From an uncultured Acidobacteriota bacterium (lineage in GTDB: Bacteria; Acidobacteriota; Terriglobia; UBA7540): a stretch of 36,607 nt of DNA. The stretch's first letter is position 1; each line of letters begins with the position of its first letter. The notes below the pieces were generated by a model. That model was not told the origin of the DNA. It was given only the letters and a program-made list of their open reading frames with translations, and did not search any database. The translations under genes and the position numbers were made by a program. Location of the stretch: assembly GCA_964459065.1 (NCBI GenBank), contig CAYWMN010000002.1, positions 1-36,607 of the forward strand, written 5' to 3'. Below, piece after piece: positions 1-9,987 of this stretch.

Positions 1-1573
1 TATCGTCAAGATCAGGATGCGGCATCGGCTCTACACTAAGATAAACATGGCCATATTGGCCACGGCCGCCGGTTTGCCGGATGTACTTGCCTTCGCCCTG
101 GGCGCTCTTACTGATCGTCTCACGGTAGGCCACTTGAGGACGGCCGACATTGGCGGCCACCTTAAACTCCCGCATCATACGGTCAACCAGGACCTCAAGG
201 TGCAACTCACCCATGCCGGAGATCAGCGTCTCTCCCGTATCCGGGTCCGTATGAACGTGAAAAGTGGGATCTTCCTGGGTCAGCTTTTCCAGCGCCCCGG
301 CAAGCTTTTCCTGATCCGCCTTGGTCTTGGGCTCAATCGCAACGGAAATCACCGGAGCAGGAAACTCCATGGCCTCAAAGGCTACAGGAGACGATTCCAC
401 ACAGACCGTGTCGCCCGTCGAAACACTCTTCAGCCCTACGGCCGCCGCAATGTCGCCGGCAAAAACTTCACTAATCTCTTCGCGCTTATTGGCATGCATC
501 TTCAACAAACGCCCAATGCGCTCCCGCCGGCCGAGCCGGGGGTTAAAGACCGTGTCCCCGCTCTTCAGACTCCCCGAATAAACCCGCATAAAAGCGAGCT
601 GACCCACAAACGGGTCCGTCATAATCTTGAAGGCAAGAGCGGAAAACGGCTCATTATCGTCGGCTCGCCGCACCACTTTCTGCTCTTCATCAGAAGGATT
701 CACGCCTTCGATAGGAGGGATGTCAATCGGGGAAGGAAGATAAGCAACAACCGCGTCAAGCAAGGGTTGAACGCCCTTGTTCTTAAAGGCCGAGCCGCAC
801 AGGACCGGCACCGCCTTCAGACCGATCGTGGCTCGTCGAATACTGGCCTGCAGCTCTTCGGGGGTAATCTTCTCGCCGTGGACATACTTTTCCAAAATCT
901 CGTCGTCGACTTCGCCCAAAGCCTCGATCATTTTCTCGCGCTGCTGGCGAACCGTATCGGCAAGGTTGGCGGGGATTTCCTCAAATTCATATCGGGCACC
1001 CAGCGCCTCGCCCTTCCAGACCAGCGCTCTTTCACTGAGGAGATCGACAACACCTTCAAAATTTTCTTCGGCGCCAATCGGCCATTGGATGGGGATCGGG
1101 TTCGCACGAACCTTGGAGCGCAACTGCTCAACGCAGGTCTCAAAGTTCGCGCCGATACGGTCCATTTTATTGACAAAAACCATACGGGGAACCCGGTACT
1201 TGTCAGCCTGCCGCCATACCGTCTCCGTCTGCGGCTCGACGCCTTCCACAGAGCCCAGAATGGCAATCGCTCCATCCAGCACTCGGAGCGACCTTTCAAC
1301 TTCCACGGTAAAATCCACGTGGCCCGGCGTGTCAATGATGTTAACCCGGTAATCTTTCCAAAAACAGGTTGTGGCAGCGGAGGTAATGGTGATACCCCGC
1401 TCCTGCTCCTGCTCCATCCAGTCCATGACGGCCGTGCCCTCATGCACCTCACCCATCTTGTGCGTGATTCCGGTATAGAAGAGGACGCGCTCCGTCGTCG
1501 TCGTCTTACCGGCATCAATATGGGCCATGATGCCGATGTTCCGGGTTTTCTCGAGAGCCACTTGCCTTGGCAT
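1..1573 (-). CDS. fusA: Elongation factor G, N-terminal ~524 codons; the C-terminus runs off the left edge
   Basis: Absent from the ORF track because it has no in-window stop. Manual reverse-complement translation from ATG 1573-1571 gives [72 protein letters not shown]. This is the canonical EF-G N-terminus with the G1 motif AHIDAGKTT. It lies directly downstream of rpsL-rpsG as in the str operon. The + strand ORF 17..1735 is its antisense shadow. Confidence 0.9.
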   Translation of the reverse strand, partial: MPRQVALEKTRNIGIMAHIDAGKTTTTERVLFYTGITHKMGEVHEGTAVMDWMEQEQERGITITSAATTCFWKDYRVNIIDTPGHVDFTVEVERSLRVLDGAIAILGSVEGVEPQTETVWRQADKYRVPRMVFVNKMDRIGANFETCVEQLRSKVRANPIPIQWPIGAEENFEGVVDLLSERALVWKGEALGARYEFEEIPANLADTVRQQREKMIEALGEVDDEILEKYVHGEKITPEELQASIRRATIGLKAVPVLCGSAFKNKGVQPLLDAVVAYLPSPIDIPPIEGVNPSDEEQKVVRRADDNEPFSALAFKIMTDPFVGQLAFMRVYSGSLKSGDTVFNPRLGRRERIGRLLKMHANKREEISEVFAGDIAAAVGLKSVSTGDTVCVESSPVAFEAMEFPAPVISVAIEPKTKADQEKLAGALEKLTQEDPTFHVHTDPDTGETLISGMGELHLEVLVDRMMREFKVAANVGRPQVAYRETISKSAQGEGKYIRQTGGRGQYGHVYLSVEPMPHPDLDD

Positions 1574-1741
1574 AATCTCTTTCGCCTAACAAAACTCCGT
1601 CTGCGCCTTCGCCTCCAGGCGAGGTCAGAATCCAATATCCAGTTGACAGAGGAGGGTCGCTGGATACGACCCACATGGCGGATCGCGGTTCGAGGGCGAA
1701 CCACCTCCCGCCTTACCCGTGTTGACCCCGGCTAGCCGGAG

Positions 1742-2212
1742 TTACCAGCGGTAATGGGCAAAAGCCTTATTGGCTTCAGCCATGCGGTGAGTGTCATCGC
1801 GCTTCTTGACAGCACCCCCGCGGTTATTCGATGCATCCAAGAGCTCTCCGGTGAGCTTTTCCACCATCGATTTTTCTCCGCGCGCTCGCGCGTAATTCAC
1901 AATCCACCGGATACTCAAAGACGTTTGTCGCTTATGGTTCACTTCTACCGGCACCTGATAGTTTGCGCCGCCGACGCGCCGGCTCTTAACTTCCAGAGTC
2001 GGCCGGGCGTTATCCAGGGCCTTCTTGAAGATTTTCAGCGGCTCCTCGCTCGTTCGTTCGCGAATCAGATCGAGGGCGCCGTAAACAATGCTCTGGGCCT
2101 TCGATTTTTTGCCGCCATACATAATACAGTTCACGAATTTCTGCACGAGTTCTTCTCGATACAGGGGGTCAACTCCCACCACTCGGTGCTCAACATAACC
2201 TTTACGCGGCAT
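1742..2212 (-). CDS. rpsG: 30S ribosomal protein S7
   Basis: 156 aa. [12 protein letters not shown]...[10 protein letters not shown] is the typical S7 N- and C-terminus. Positioned between rpsL and fusA. Confidence 0.97.
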   Translation of the reverse strand: MPRKGYVEHRVVGVDPLYREELVQKFVNCIMYGGKKSKAQSIVYGALDLIRERTSEEPLKIFKKALDNARPTLEVKSRRVGGANYQVPVEVNHKRQTSLSIRWIVNYARARGEKSMVEKLTGELLDASNNRGGAVKKRDDTHRMAEANKAFAHYRW

Positions 2213-2271
2213 ACTTTCTCTTCATTCTCCTTGGCATCGCCATCGGCGACTCAGCCGAAAGCCCGAAACAA

Positions 2272-2649
2272 TCAGGAAGCCTTGGGACGCTTCGCTCCGT
2301 ATTTTGAACGGCTCTGGCGACGGTCTGAAACTCCCGCCGAATCAAGCGTTCCACGAATCACGTGATAGCGGACACCGGGCAAATCCTTAACGCGGCCACC
2401 CCGAATCAGCACGATCGAGTGCTCCTGCAGGTTATGCCCCACGCCGGGAATGTACGTCGTCACCTCAAACCCGTTCGTCAGACGAACGCGAGCGACCTTC
2501 CGCAAAGCCGAATTCGGCTTCTTGGGCGTTTGGGTATAGACACGGATGCACACACCCCGCTTCTGCGGAGAACTCTGGAGCGCCGGGCTGGATGTCTTGT
2601 ACCGCTCAATCCGACGTCCGCGGCGAACCAATTGATTAAATGTGGGCAT
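2272..2649 (-). CDS. rpsL: 30S ribosomal protein S12
   Basis: [12 protein letters not shown]...[28 protein letters not shown]...[10 protein letters not shown] is canonical S12. The track ORF extends to 2709, but the homologous start is the ATG at 2649 (cat at 2647-2649), preceded by GAGAGAGGAAG. Confidence 0.95.
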   Translation of the reverse strand: MPTFNQLVRRGRRIERYKTSSPALQSSPQKRGVCIRVYTQTPKKPNSALRKVARVRLTNGFEVTTYIPGVGHNLQEHSIVLIRGGRVKDLPGVRYHVIRGTLDSAGVSDRRQSRSKYGAKRPKAS

Positions 2650-2736
2650 CTTCCTCTCTCCGCGCGTCCCGGCCCGCGACTCAACTCGCAGGCCACCGCG
2701 CCCTGTCAAAACTTAAGCTACGCTCGAAACCTTACA

Positions 2737-2765
2737 AATGTATCAAACAGCCCGGCCAGTGTCAA
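2737..2765 (-). promoter_or_regulatory. Putative sigma70-type promoter for rpsL-rpsG-fusA
   Basis: Minus strand reads TTGACA (2765-2760), a 17-nt spacer, then TACATT (2742-2737). It begins 22 nt after the frr stop and lies about 90 nt upstream of the rpsL ATG. Confidence 0.45.
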
Positions 2766-2787
2766 GGCTTGATCAGACAAAACAGCG

Positions 2788-3348
2788 CTAATGGCCGCCA
2801 AGAATTTCCTGTTCCTTGCTCTTGCCCTGCCCTTCCAGTTTGACCACGAATTCATCCGTGAGCTTCTGGATATTTTCCAGCCCGCGCTTTTCATCATCCT
2901 CGGAAATCTTCTTGTCTTTCAGCAGCTGCTTTAACTCGTCGTTTGCGTCGCGGCGAATATTCCGGACGGCCGTGCGGTGATTCTCCAGCACCTTGTGAAC
3001 ATGCTTCACCATGTCCCGCCGCCGCTCCTCAGTCAAAGGAGGAATCGGAACCCGCAGGACCTTCCCGTCATTCACCGGGTTCAAACCCAGGTCGGAAGAC
3101 CGGATCGCCTTATCAAGCACAGCAAGCAAACTGGAGTCCCAGGGCTGAACGGTCAACAGAGTGGGCTCGGGAGTTCCCAGCGTGGCTACCTGGCTTAAAG
3201 GAGTCGGGACACCATAATAATCAACCCGCAAGTGATCCAACAAACTCACCGAGGCCCGCCCCGTTCGCAGCGTGGCCAGCTCGTGGCGCAAGTCCTCAGA
3301 GGCTTTCTGCATCCGCGTTTTTGTTTTTTCAAGCGTCTCTTTAATCAT
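2788..3348 (-). CDS. frr: Ribosome recycling factor
   Basis: 186 aa. Contains ...LATLRTGRASVSLLDHLRVDYYGVPTPLSQVA...LGLNPVNDGKVLRVPIPPLTEERR..., full-length RRF-like. Follows pyrH as usual. Confidence 0.95.
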   Translation of the reverse strand: MIKETLEKTKTRMQKASEDLRHELATLRTGRASVSLLDHLRVDYYGVPTPLSQVATLGTPEPTLLTVQPWDSSLLAVLDKAIRSSDLGLNPVNDGKVLRVPIPPLTEERRRDMVKHVHKVLENHRTAVRNIRRDANDELKQLLKDKKISEDDEKRGLENIQKLTDEFVVKLEGQGKSKEQEILGGH

Positions 3349-3371
3349 GGCAGCGACCGTACCTTCAAAAC

Positions 3372-4088
3372 TCAGGCGGCGACAAGGGATCCCACCTTCT
3401 CACCCAGCACAACCCGCTTCAGGTTGCCCGGCACCATCAGGTTAAAAACAATGATCGGCAGATTATTGTCCATGCACAATGATACCGCCGTCGTATCCAT
3501 CACGGCGAGCCCACGGGAAAGCACATCCAGGTAATTGATCTTGGCAATCATCTTGGCGTCTGCAACCTTGGCGGGGTCCGCATCATAAACCCCATTCACT
3601 CTTGTCGCCTTCAGGACGACTTCCGCCTTGAGTTCCATCGCCCGAAGAGCAGCGGCCGTGTCTGTCGAAAAATAAGGATTTCCGGTTCCCGCTGCCAGCA
3701 CCACGACTCGGCCCTTCTCCAGGTGACGGATGGCGCGGCGGCGAATAAACGGCTCGGCGATTTCCCGAATCTCCAGGGCCGTAACAACCCGAGTCATCGA
3801 ACCAGCCGTTTCCAAGGCATCCTGCAACGCCAGGGCATTGATAATCGTAGCCAGCATCCCCATCTGATCGGCAACCACTCGGTCGATGCCATGCTGGGAA
3901 GCGGCTACGCCGCGAATAAAATTGCCCCCCCCGACGACAACCGCTACCTGAACGCCCATTTCGCGAACTTCGTTGACTTCAGAAGCGATTCTGGAAGCAA
4001 CTGCAGGGTCAACGCCAAAGCCCTGGGAGCCCAGCAGGGCTTCCCCGCTCAGCTTGAGAAGAATACGTCGAAAAGCAGGCTCGATCAT
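3372..4088 (-). CDS. pyrH: UMP kinase
   Basis: 238 aa. Motifs [21 protein letters not shown] and [17 protein letters not shown]. Canonical tsf-pyrH-frr order. Confidence 0.95.
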   Translation of the reverse strand: MIEPAFRRILLKLSGEALLGSQGFGVDPAVASRIASEVNEVREMGVQVAVVVGGGNFIRGVAASQHGIDRVVADQMGMLATIINALALQDALETAGSMTRVVTALEIREIAEPFIRRRAIRHLEKGRVVVLAAGTGNPYFSTDTAAALRAMELKAEVVLKATRVNGVYDADPAKVADAKMIAKINYLDVLSRGLAVMDTTAVSLCMDNNLPIIVFNLMVPGNLKRVVLGEKVGSLVAA

Positions 4089-4128
4089 GGCTTGATTCCA
4101 CTGGCTTGCCCAGCTTCAACATCAGGAC

Positions 4129-4764
4129 TCAGCTGGCGTCCCCGTCAGCCTCCGGCTTGCCAATTCCCTCCCCTACTTTGAAACGGGAAAAACGGCGCAC
4201 CATGATGTTCTCGCCGAATTTCGCCACCGTGGCGACAATCAACTCTCCAACAGTCTGGCTTCCCGCAGTGTCCTTGATAAAGCGCTGCTCATACAGGCAG
4301 TTTTCTTCATAAAACTTACCCAGCCTGCCTTCAATGATGCGGGTAACAACGTTATCCGGCTTGCCGCTGCCCGCCAATTGGGCGCGCAAAACTTCCTGCT
4401 CGCGCTCCACCAATTCCGGAGGCACATCCTCTTTGCGAACAAAGCGCGGGTCCGTTGCACAGATTTGCATCGCCAGGTCATGGACCAGCGTCTGGAACTC
4501 AGCGTTGCGAGCCACGAAGTCGCTTTCGCAGTTGACTTCAATAATGACGCCGATCTTGCCGCCGGCGTGAATATAGGCCCCGACAGAACCCTCCGTGGCC
4601 ACGCGGCTTGCCTTCTTGGCGGCGACCGCCTGCCCACGCTTGCGCAGAACCGTAAAGGCCTGCTCGGGATCGCCGCCCGCCTCATCCAGAGCCTTCTTGC
4701 ACTCCATCATGGGCGCACCGCTCATCTCCCTCAGCTTCTTGACTGCTTCCATTGAACCTGCCAT
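4129..4764 (-). CDS. tsf: Elongation factor Ts (short, ~211 aa form)
   Basis: The N-terminus MAGSMEAVKKLREMSGAPMMECKKAL matches the EF-Ts UBA-like N-terminus. The track ORF starts at GTG 4788. I prefer ATG 4764, which is preceded by GGAGGG. Confidence 0.9.
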   Translation of the reverse strand: MAGSMEAVKKLREMSGAPMMECKKALDEAGGDPEQAFTVLRKRGQAVAAKKASRVATEGSVGAYIHAGGKIGVIIEVNCESDFVARNAEFQTLVHDLAMQICATDPRFVRKEDVPPELVEREQEVLRAQLAGSGKPDNVVTRIIEGRLGKFYEENCLYEQRFIKDTAGSQTVGELIVATVAKFGENIMVRRFSRFKVGEGIGKPEADGDAS

Positions 4765-4855
4765 TCCGATCTCATACCCTCCAGACACGAAAAAGGTAGG
4801 CGGAGTTGCCGAACTCGCCTACCGCTGTAGTAAAAAGCACTTCTTTCTCTAAATC

Positions 4856-5854
4856 TCAGGCGCCGGCTTCACCGAATGCCGGCCCATCGTCACCATCACC
4901 CCGGCGGCCGCGGCCCTTTCCGGGAACCCGCTTCTTCCTGGGCACGCGCACGCGTCCATCAGCGTCTTCTTGCGCGGCCTCAACCGCAGAGGAACCTTCC
5001 GGGTCACCCGCTTCGGAATAGGTCTCGAAACCCTCCGCACCTTCACCTTCCGGCCCCAACTCGGCCGCTTCAGCTTCACCTGCAGCGATAGCCTCGGCTT
5101 CCCGCTGCCTTTCAAGCTCTTCTGCGGCCCTCTCCGCCGCAATTTTCTCCTCCTCCATTTGCTTTTCGAGAGCCTGCTGCCGGCCTTCCAGAACGGAGTC
5201 AGCCGCCCGGGAGGAGAACAGTCGAATCGCGCGGAGGGCGTCGTCATTACCGGGAATCACATAGTCCACAACGTCCGGGTTGCAATTCGTATCCACAACC
5301 GCCACAACCGGAATGCCCAGTTTCCGAGCTTCCAGCACGGCAATCTCTTCTTTGTTCGAATCGATTACAAAAAGCGTGTCAGGCAAACCCGGCATCTCTT
5401 TGATCCCGGCCAGGTTCTGCTCCAAATGCTTCCGCTCGCGCTCAAGCCGCAAAACCTCTTTTTTGGTCAGCAGTTCGTAGCGGCCGTCCTCACTCATTTC
5501 GTCCAACTCCCGCAGGCGTTGGATCGATTTCTGAATTGTCGAATAGTTGGTCAGCAACCCGCCGAGCCACCGGTGGTTAACATAGAACATCCCACAGCGC
5601 TTGGCCTCCTCGGCGACCGCTTCCTGCGCCTGGCGCTTGGTTCCGACAAACAAAACCGTCTTACCCTCGCGGGCCAGATCAGCAAGATACCGGGTGGCTT
5701 CCTTGAACAGTTTGAGAGTTTTCTGGAGGTCGATAATGTAAATACCATTGCGCTCGCCGTAGATATACTCCTTCATCTTGGGATTCCAACGGCGGGTCTG
5801 GTGGCCGAAGTGTACTCCAGCCTCCAAAAACTCTTTCATAGTGACGTTAGCCAA
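4856..5854 (-). CDS. rpsB: 30S ribosomal protein S2 with a ~95-aa low-complexity C-terminal extension
   Basis: [27 protein letters not shown] is the canonical S2 start. The start codon is TTG at 5854, preceded by GGAGGAG. The core ends near residue ~235, followed by an E/A-rich then R/K/G-rich tail. Confidence 0.93.
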   Translation of the reverse strand: MANVTMKEFLEAGVHFGHQTRRWNPKMKEYIYGERNGIYIIDLQKTLKLFKEATRYLADLAREGKTVLFVGTKRQAQEAVAEEAKRCGMFYVNHRWLGGLLTNYSTIQKSIQRLRELDEMSEDGRYELLTKKEVLRLERERKHLEQNLAGIKEMPGLPDTLFVIDSNKEEIAVLEARKLGIPVVAVVDTNCNPDVVDYVIPGNDDALRAIRLFSSRAADSVLEGRQQALEKQMEEEKIAAERAAEELERQREAEAIAAGEAEAAELGPEGEGAEGFETYSEAGDPEGSSAVEAAQEDADGRVRVPRKKRVPGKGRGRRGDGDDGPAFGEAGA

Positions 5855-5934
5855 ATCTCCTCCACCTTCGAAAAATCACAGGGTCTCGGCGACCTGAGCC
5901 GCGCTCAGGCCTGAAAGCCCAAAATCTGCCAGGG

Positions 5935-6330
5935 TTACCGCTTCGAGAACTGGAACCGTTTGCGAGCGCCCTTCTGGCCGTACTTCTTTCTTTCTTTGGC
6001 ACGGGGATCCCGGGTAAGGAAATCACCCTGCCGCAAACGCGAGCGCAACTCAGGGTTGTAACGAACCAAGGCCCGCGCAATCCCCAGCTTTGCGGCCCCG
6101 GCCTGACTGTGAACTCCACCGCCCGAGGCGTTCACGGCGATGTCAAACTTGTCGGCGTTTTCCGTAAAAACCAGCGGCTGGCGAACTTCAACGCGCAAGA
6201 CTTCGGCGGGAAAATAGCTTTCAAGGGACTTATGGTTCACCTGAATCTTTCCGGTGCCGGGACTCAACTTAACCCGCGCCACAGAAGTCTTTCTCCGCCC
6301 AGTCCCCCAAACCTCGTTTAACTCTGTCAC
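5935..6330 (-). CDS. rpsI: 30S ribosomal protein S9
   Basis: 131 aa ending ...GARKRFQFSKR, the characteristic S9 C-terminus. Follows rplM. Confidence 0.95.
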   Translation of the reverse strand: MTELNEVWGTGRRKTSVARVKLSPGTGKIQVNHKSLESYFPAEVLRVEVRQPLVFTENADKFDIAVNASGGGVHSQAGAAKLGIARALVRYNPELRSRLRQGDFLTRDPRAKERKKYGQKGARKRFQFSKR

Positions 6331-6363
6331 CCCTGCTCCTTACTTGAAAGTCTCAAACAACAC

Positions 6364-6798
6364 TTACGACTTCAGGCTCGCGGCCTCCGGCCGCTGAGCC
6401 TGGTGCGTATGGGTGGAACCCGCATACACCTTCAGCCGCTTCCTCATCCGGTCGCCCATGCGCGTCTTGGGAAGCATGCCGGAGATCGCCTCCCGCACCA
6501 GCATTTCCGGTTTCCGCTCAAGAAGCTTCCGCGCGGTCGTTTCCCGAAGTCCTCCGGGATATCCCGTGTAATGCCGATAATACTTCTGGTCGAGCTTGTT
6601 GCCCGTCAGACGAATCTTCTCGGCGTTAATCACAATAATCCCTTCCCGATGATCGGAAAAGGGAGTCCAATCCGGCGAGTCCTTTCCCATCAGGACTCGA
6701 GCAGTCCGGGCCGCCAGGCGGCCTAAAACCGCCCCTTCAGCGTCCACAACATGCCAACGTATTTCTCCGTGCCGGTCTTTCAAAAAGTAAGTCTTCAC
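6364..6798 (-). CDS. rplM: 50S ribosomal protein L13
   Basis: VKTYFLKDRHGEIRWHVVDAEGAVLGRLA is an L13 N-terminus. Likely start is GTG at 6798 (cac at 6796-6798), preceded by GAGGGA. The track ORF start at 6843 adds 15 non-homologous residues. Confidence 0.9.
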   Translation of the reverse strand: MKTYFLKDRHGEIRWHVVDAEGAVLGRLAARTARVLMGKDSPDWTPFSDHREGIIVINAEKIRLTGNKLDQKYYRHYTGYPGGLRETTARKLLERKPEMLVREAISGMLPKTRMGDRMRKRLKVYAGSTHTHQAQRPEAASLKS

Positions 6799-6995
6799 AC
6801 TACTATCCCTCGAAATATAACGGCTTAACCCTACTATGATCACCCCGGAGCCCCGATTTTGTCAACACCATCATCTCCATTAAAATCTCTGCGGGCGATT
6901 CTTCCATCTCCACAATCCATTCATCCCGGCAAAGGCTCTTTTATCCGTTCAACATGCAACGTCTCCTGCTAGAATGGGAGGCCTGAAAGGTCAAG

Positions 6996-7718
6996 ATGCA
7001 AACCTCACCATGGAAAGCGGAAGTCCTGCTGGCCGGCAACTGGCGGAGCGCAACTTCTGCCCTGATAACCGACGGCGAGCATCACATCGTGGTTGACACC
7101 GGGATGCCGCACGAAGCGCACCTGCTGCTCGAAGCCCTGGAACGGCGCGGGCTCGACGCGTCGGATATTCATCAGGTAATCAATACTCATTTCCATATCG
7201 ATCACGTCTTGAATAACGTGCTTTTCCCGAATAGCCTGATTTACGGCTCCCAGGAATCCTACGACTGGTGCTGTTCGCTCTACTCCGATCTAGGTGATGA
7301 ACAGCATTGGGAACAGCGATTATTGAAGTACTATCCGGAGATGTCCGGCTATGGCTACGCCCTCGAACACATGCACCAGATGCGGAAGTTCACCTTGCGC
7401 TGGTGGGACCCCGGCAGGCTGGGCCAAAAGTCCCAGCATCGGTGGATTGAGCAACACCCTTTGCCCGACGGCCTTGAGACCTTCTTCACTTCGGGCCATG
7501 TTCCCGGACACGTCTCAATCATTATACCCGATGGCTCGCAGCAGACCATCATCGCGGGCGATGCGTTCATCAGCCGCGCCAACGACGATCGCGTCTTCAC
7601 CATGATTCCCCATAACCGGGAGCAGGCCCGGATCGACCGGGAGCAGGTGCTGGCCCGCGGCGGACGAATCTTCCCCGGGCACGATGCTGAATTCACCCAT
7701 CCACCGAACGACCGTTAA
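6996..7718 (+). CDS. Metallo-beta-lactamase-fold hydrolase
   Basis: 240 aa with the HxHxDH zinc motif (THFHIDHV) and downstream His/Asp residues (GHVPGH, AGDAF, PGHD). Substrate cannot be called. Confidence 0.8.
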   Translation: MQTSPWKAEVLLAGNWRSATSALITDGEHHIVVDTGMPHEAHLLLEALERRGLDASDIHQVINTHFHIDHVLNNVLFPNSLIYGSQESYDWCCSLYSDLGDEQHWEQRLLKYYPEMSGYGYALEHMHQMRKFTLRWWDPGRLGQKSQHRWIEQHPLPDGLETFFTSGHVPGHVSIIIPDGSQQTIIAGDAFISRANDDRVFTMIPHNREQARIDREQVLARGGRIFPGHDAEFTHPPNDR

Positions 7719-7832
7719 TCTCAGAAAATTCCGTTTCCTCATCAACCCATCATCTCTGCCAGTCATTCAGAGCTTTTCCCGCGCTGCGGGCCGGCTCGCT
7801 GCGCGCCATCAGTGAAGCTCACCCCGGAAACG

Positions 7833-8678
7833 TTAAAGAGGAAGGAGGGTTTTGAGGTAGTCCGCCAGGGCAGCCTGCCAGGGCCCAGGAAGCGCCAAGC
7901 CGGCCTCCTTCAGCGCCCGCATTTCCATCACGGCATAATGAAGCCGTTTGGCGCGCCGGCCCATCCTGTCCGACGGCACGCCCCGCACTTTGCCGGCATC
8001 AAGCCCGGCGGCTTCTGCGGCGCGCGTTGCCAGTTCATAGCGGGTGCAGGCTCCCTCGTTCGAAAGATGGTAAAGTCCCGTGCGCCCGCTCTCAATAACC
8101 GCCAGGATGGTCCCGGCAGCGTCCAGCGTGTAGGTTGCCGAACCCCTCTGATCGCTTGCCACCACGTACTCGCCTCCGCTCGCGATGGTTCGAAGCCCCT
8201 TTTCAATAAAATTTGTTTTCCCCGGCCCGAAAAGAACGGAAACTCTGAAAATCCAGTGTTTCGGTAATTGGGCTGCGATCTGCTCGCCGCGCAGCTTGGT
8301 CCGCCCGTAGACAGTTCTGGGATTCGTCAGGTCGGTTTCTGTGTAGGGATGGTCTTTCCCGCCGTCAAACACCGCGTCCGTTGAAATGTAGGCGAGCGCT
8401 GCACCGACTTCGCTCGCCGCTTCCGCGACGTAGCGCGTGCCGTGCACGTTCACCCGATAAGCCTGCGCCGGGTTCAGTTCGCAAACGTCGGGGCTGGGAA
8501 TCGCGGCGGAATGAATGATCACGTCCGGGCGCAACCGCAGGAAGACCGCTCGGACCTCGTCGAATTTTGTGATGTCGGCTTCCGCCCGGCTGATCGGCAA
8601 AACCGCATGCCGGGCCTGGATAACTTGGACCAGCCCACGGCCCAATAATCCCGTCGCTCCGGTAATCGCAATTTTCAT
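7833..8678 (-). CDS. rfbD: dTDP-4-dehydrorhamnose reductase-like SDR (RmlD family)
   Basis: MKIAITGATGLLGRG Rossmann motif, STDAVFDG, catalytic YGRTK, and overall collinearity with RmlD. Start taken at ATG 8678 rather than the track start 8732. No other rml genes are adjacent, so the function assignment is family-level. Confidence 0.72.
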   Translation of the reverse strand: MKIAITGATGLLGRGLVQVIQARHAVLPISRAEADITKFDEVRAVFLRLRPDVIIHSAAIPSPDVCELNPAQAYRVNVHGTRYVAEAASEVGAALAYISTDAVFDGGKDHPYTETDLTNPRTVYGRTKLRGEQIAAQLPKHWIFRVSVLFGPGKTNFIEKGLRTIASGGEYVVASDQRGSATYTLDAAGTILAVIESGRTGLYHLSNEGACTRYELATRAAEAAGLDAGKVRGVPSDRMGRRAKRLHYAVMEMRALKEAGLALPGPWQAALADYLKTLLPL

Positions 8679-8741
8679 GATCTGTTTCCGGAATTGGCTC
8701 CTTGCGTGATAATCCGGCAAAATGATGCCCAACCGATTGGA

Positions 8742-9287
8742 TCACGGGCGGTGCGTAAGCGGCTTAGCCGTCCCTTGCTCGGCAGCAATGTGATCCACGT
8801 AAGACCGCAGCGTTCTCACGATCTCCTCTGCGAGCTCCTGCGTTGAGAACCCTTTGGCATAAATTTCGCTGTGCGATCCTGTTGTCGTCTGCCGGCGCCC
8901 TTTTTTCGGTTTCCGATTCAGGATGTCCGCGTGCCACACGGGCTTACGGGTCACCCAGTCCCCCACCACAACCGTAAACAGAATGTGGCCGCGCCTTCTT
9001 TCAACTTGCCGGGGCTGCGGAATTCCGTTTCGCATTCTGAATTCCGTTTTTCTTTCGGGCTCCCGGGCTTCCATCACAAGATCGACACCTTCCGGGTCCC
9101 GGGTGGGCTTATATTTTCCCCAGACGCGAAGGTCAACAACGATCCAGGAGTCAATATTTTTAGGCATTCGGCCCACGTACATCAGCTTGCCGCCAACAAG
9201 CGGCTTCTCTTTTTGAGTGGGGGTTTGTCCAAATGCCGATGGCGCCAGAAAAAACAATGCCAGGGCACACGATGCCAGCGCTCTCAT
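8742..9287 (-). CDS. Hypothetical secreted protein
   Basis: Signal-peptide-like N-terminus MRALASCALALFFLAPSAFGQ. ATG 9287 is preceded by GAGGAG. No family recognised. Confidence 0.6.
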   Translation of the reverse strand: MRALASCALALFFLAPSAFGQTPTQKEKPLVGGKLMYVGRMPKNIDSWIVVDLRVWGKYKPTRDPEGVDLVMEAREPERKTEFRMRNGIPQPRQVERRRGHILFTVVVGDWVTRKPVWHADILNRKPKKGRRQTTTGSHSEIYAKGFSTQELAEEIVRTLRSYVDHIAAEQGTAKPLTHRP

Positions 9288-9404
9288 TGCCACTCCTCGC
9301 CGGTTAGAGATTCTCTATCATAAACTCAAGCGAACCCCCGCGCAGCAGGGTTCCTGGATCCTGCCAAAAGGTGGAGGGAAGGCCCCAACCTTGCAGCGAA
9401 GGAT

Positions 9405-9677
9405 TTATAAAAGATTTTGAACGCCCGGCTGAAAGCAGATGTGCGAACACTCATAGCCGTTAATCGTGTAAACGCGGTTGCCCGAGGGCAGGGCTTCAAG
9501 CGCCTCATCAGACTCGCGCGTCAAGAGCAAGTAGCGGCTCACCTGGTAGTCCTCATCGAAGGCGGAGATGATGGCTTCCGTCTCTTCCCTGGGAAGCCCC
9601 AGGAATGAAAGGTGGACGGCCCGCCCAAAGCCGCCGGCGGCTTCAACGTACTTCGCGATCAGCGAGGAAAGAGTCAT
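9405..9677 (-). CDS. Hypothetical small protein (~90 aa)
   Basis: Open frame with a plausible start at ATG 9677, preceded by GGAGG 8 nt upstream. The track start 9728 is a TTG. No family recognised. Confidence 0.45.
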   Translation of the reverse strand: MTLSSLIAKYVEAAGGFGRAVHLSFLGLPREETEAIISAFDEDYQVSRYLLLTRESDEALEALPSGNRVYTINGYECSHICFQPGVQNLL

Positions 9678-9923
9678 CAGCCAAGCCTCCCCGGCATCAT
9701 ACACCTTCCCGCAGTCTACCGATAACAAGACTCGACGCGCCCGCGTGACCCCGTCAGTGGGGTGGGGAGTTTAACCGGCGCTCAGGCCAAGGGAATCTGC
9801 GGACATCCTGCAAGTCTGCGAGGACTCGCACCTGAATCCCCAAGTGTTTTAAAGGGAGGTGCCTTAGAACACGGATGACCATGGGGGAAGCCTGCATCAG
9901 GATTTGGGGAAACCCCGCGAGTG

Positions 9924-9969
9924 AACGCTCAAACCGGGACGGGCAAACGAGTCGTCCCGGCTGAGCGTT
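9924..9969 (-). terminator. Long GC-rich hairpin downstream of moeZ (putative operon terminator)
   Basis: Nested inverted repeats AACGCTCA/TGAGCGTT (9924-9931 / 9962-9969) and CCGGGACG/CGTCCCGG (9934-9941 / 9953-9960). The element begins 19 nt after the moeZ stop. On the minus strand the inner stem is followed by TTTGAGCGTT, a weak U-tract. Confidence 0.45.
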
Positions 9970-9987
9970 TTGAAAGGTTCAAGCCCA

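Noticed and set aside
17-1735. 572-aa plus-strand ORF, the longest ORF at the left end
   Set aside because: It is antisense to a clearly homologous EF-G reading frame. Its composition is R/L/G/H-rich and it has no recognisable motifs. This is the typical shadow ORF of a GC-rich gene.
1574-1741. 168-nt rpsG-fusA spacer containing a GGTTCG...CGAACC element that briefly looked like a tRNA T-arm
   Set aside because: No acceptor, D or anticodon arms can be built around it on either strand. It is just a 6-bp hairpin, and the spacer is probably an ordinary structured intercistronic region.
7719-7832. CCCGC-gct-GCGGG hairpin between the convergent MBL and rfbD-like genes, considered as a terminator
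   Set aside because: The stem is only 5 bp and no U-tract follows it on either strand, so it is too weak to call.
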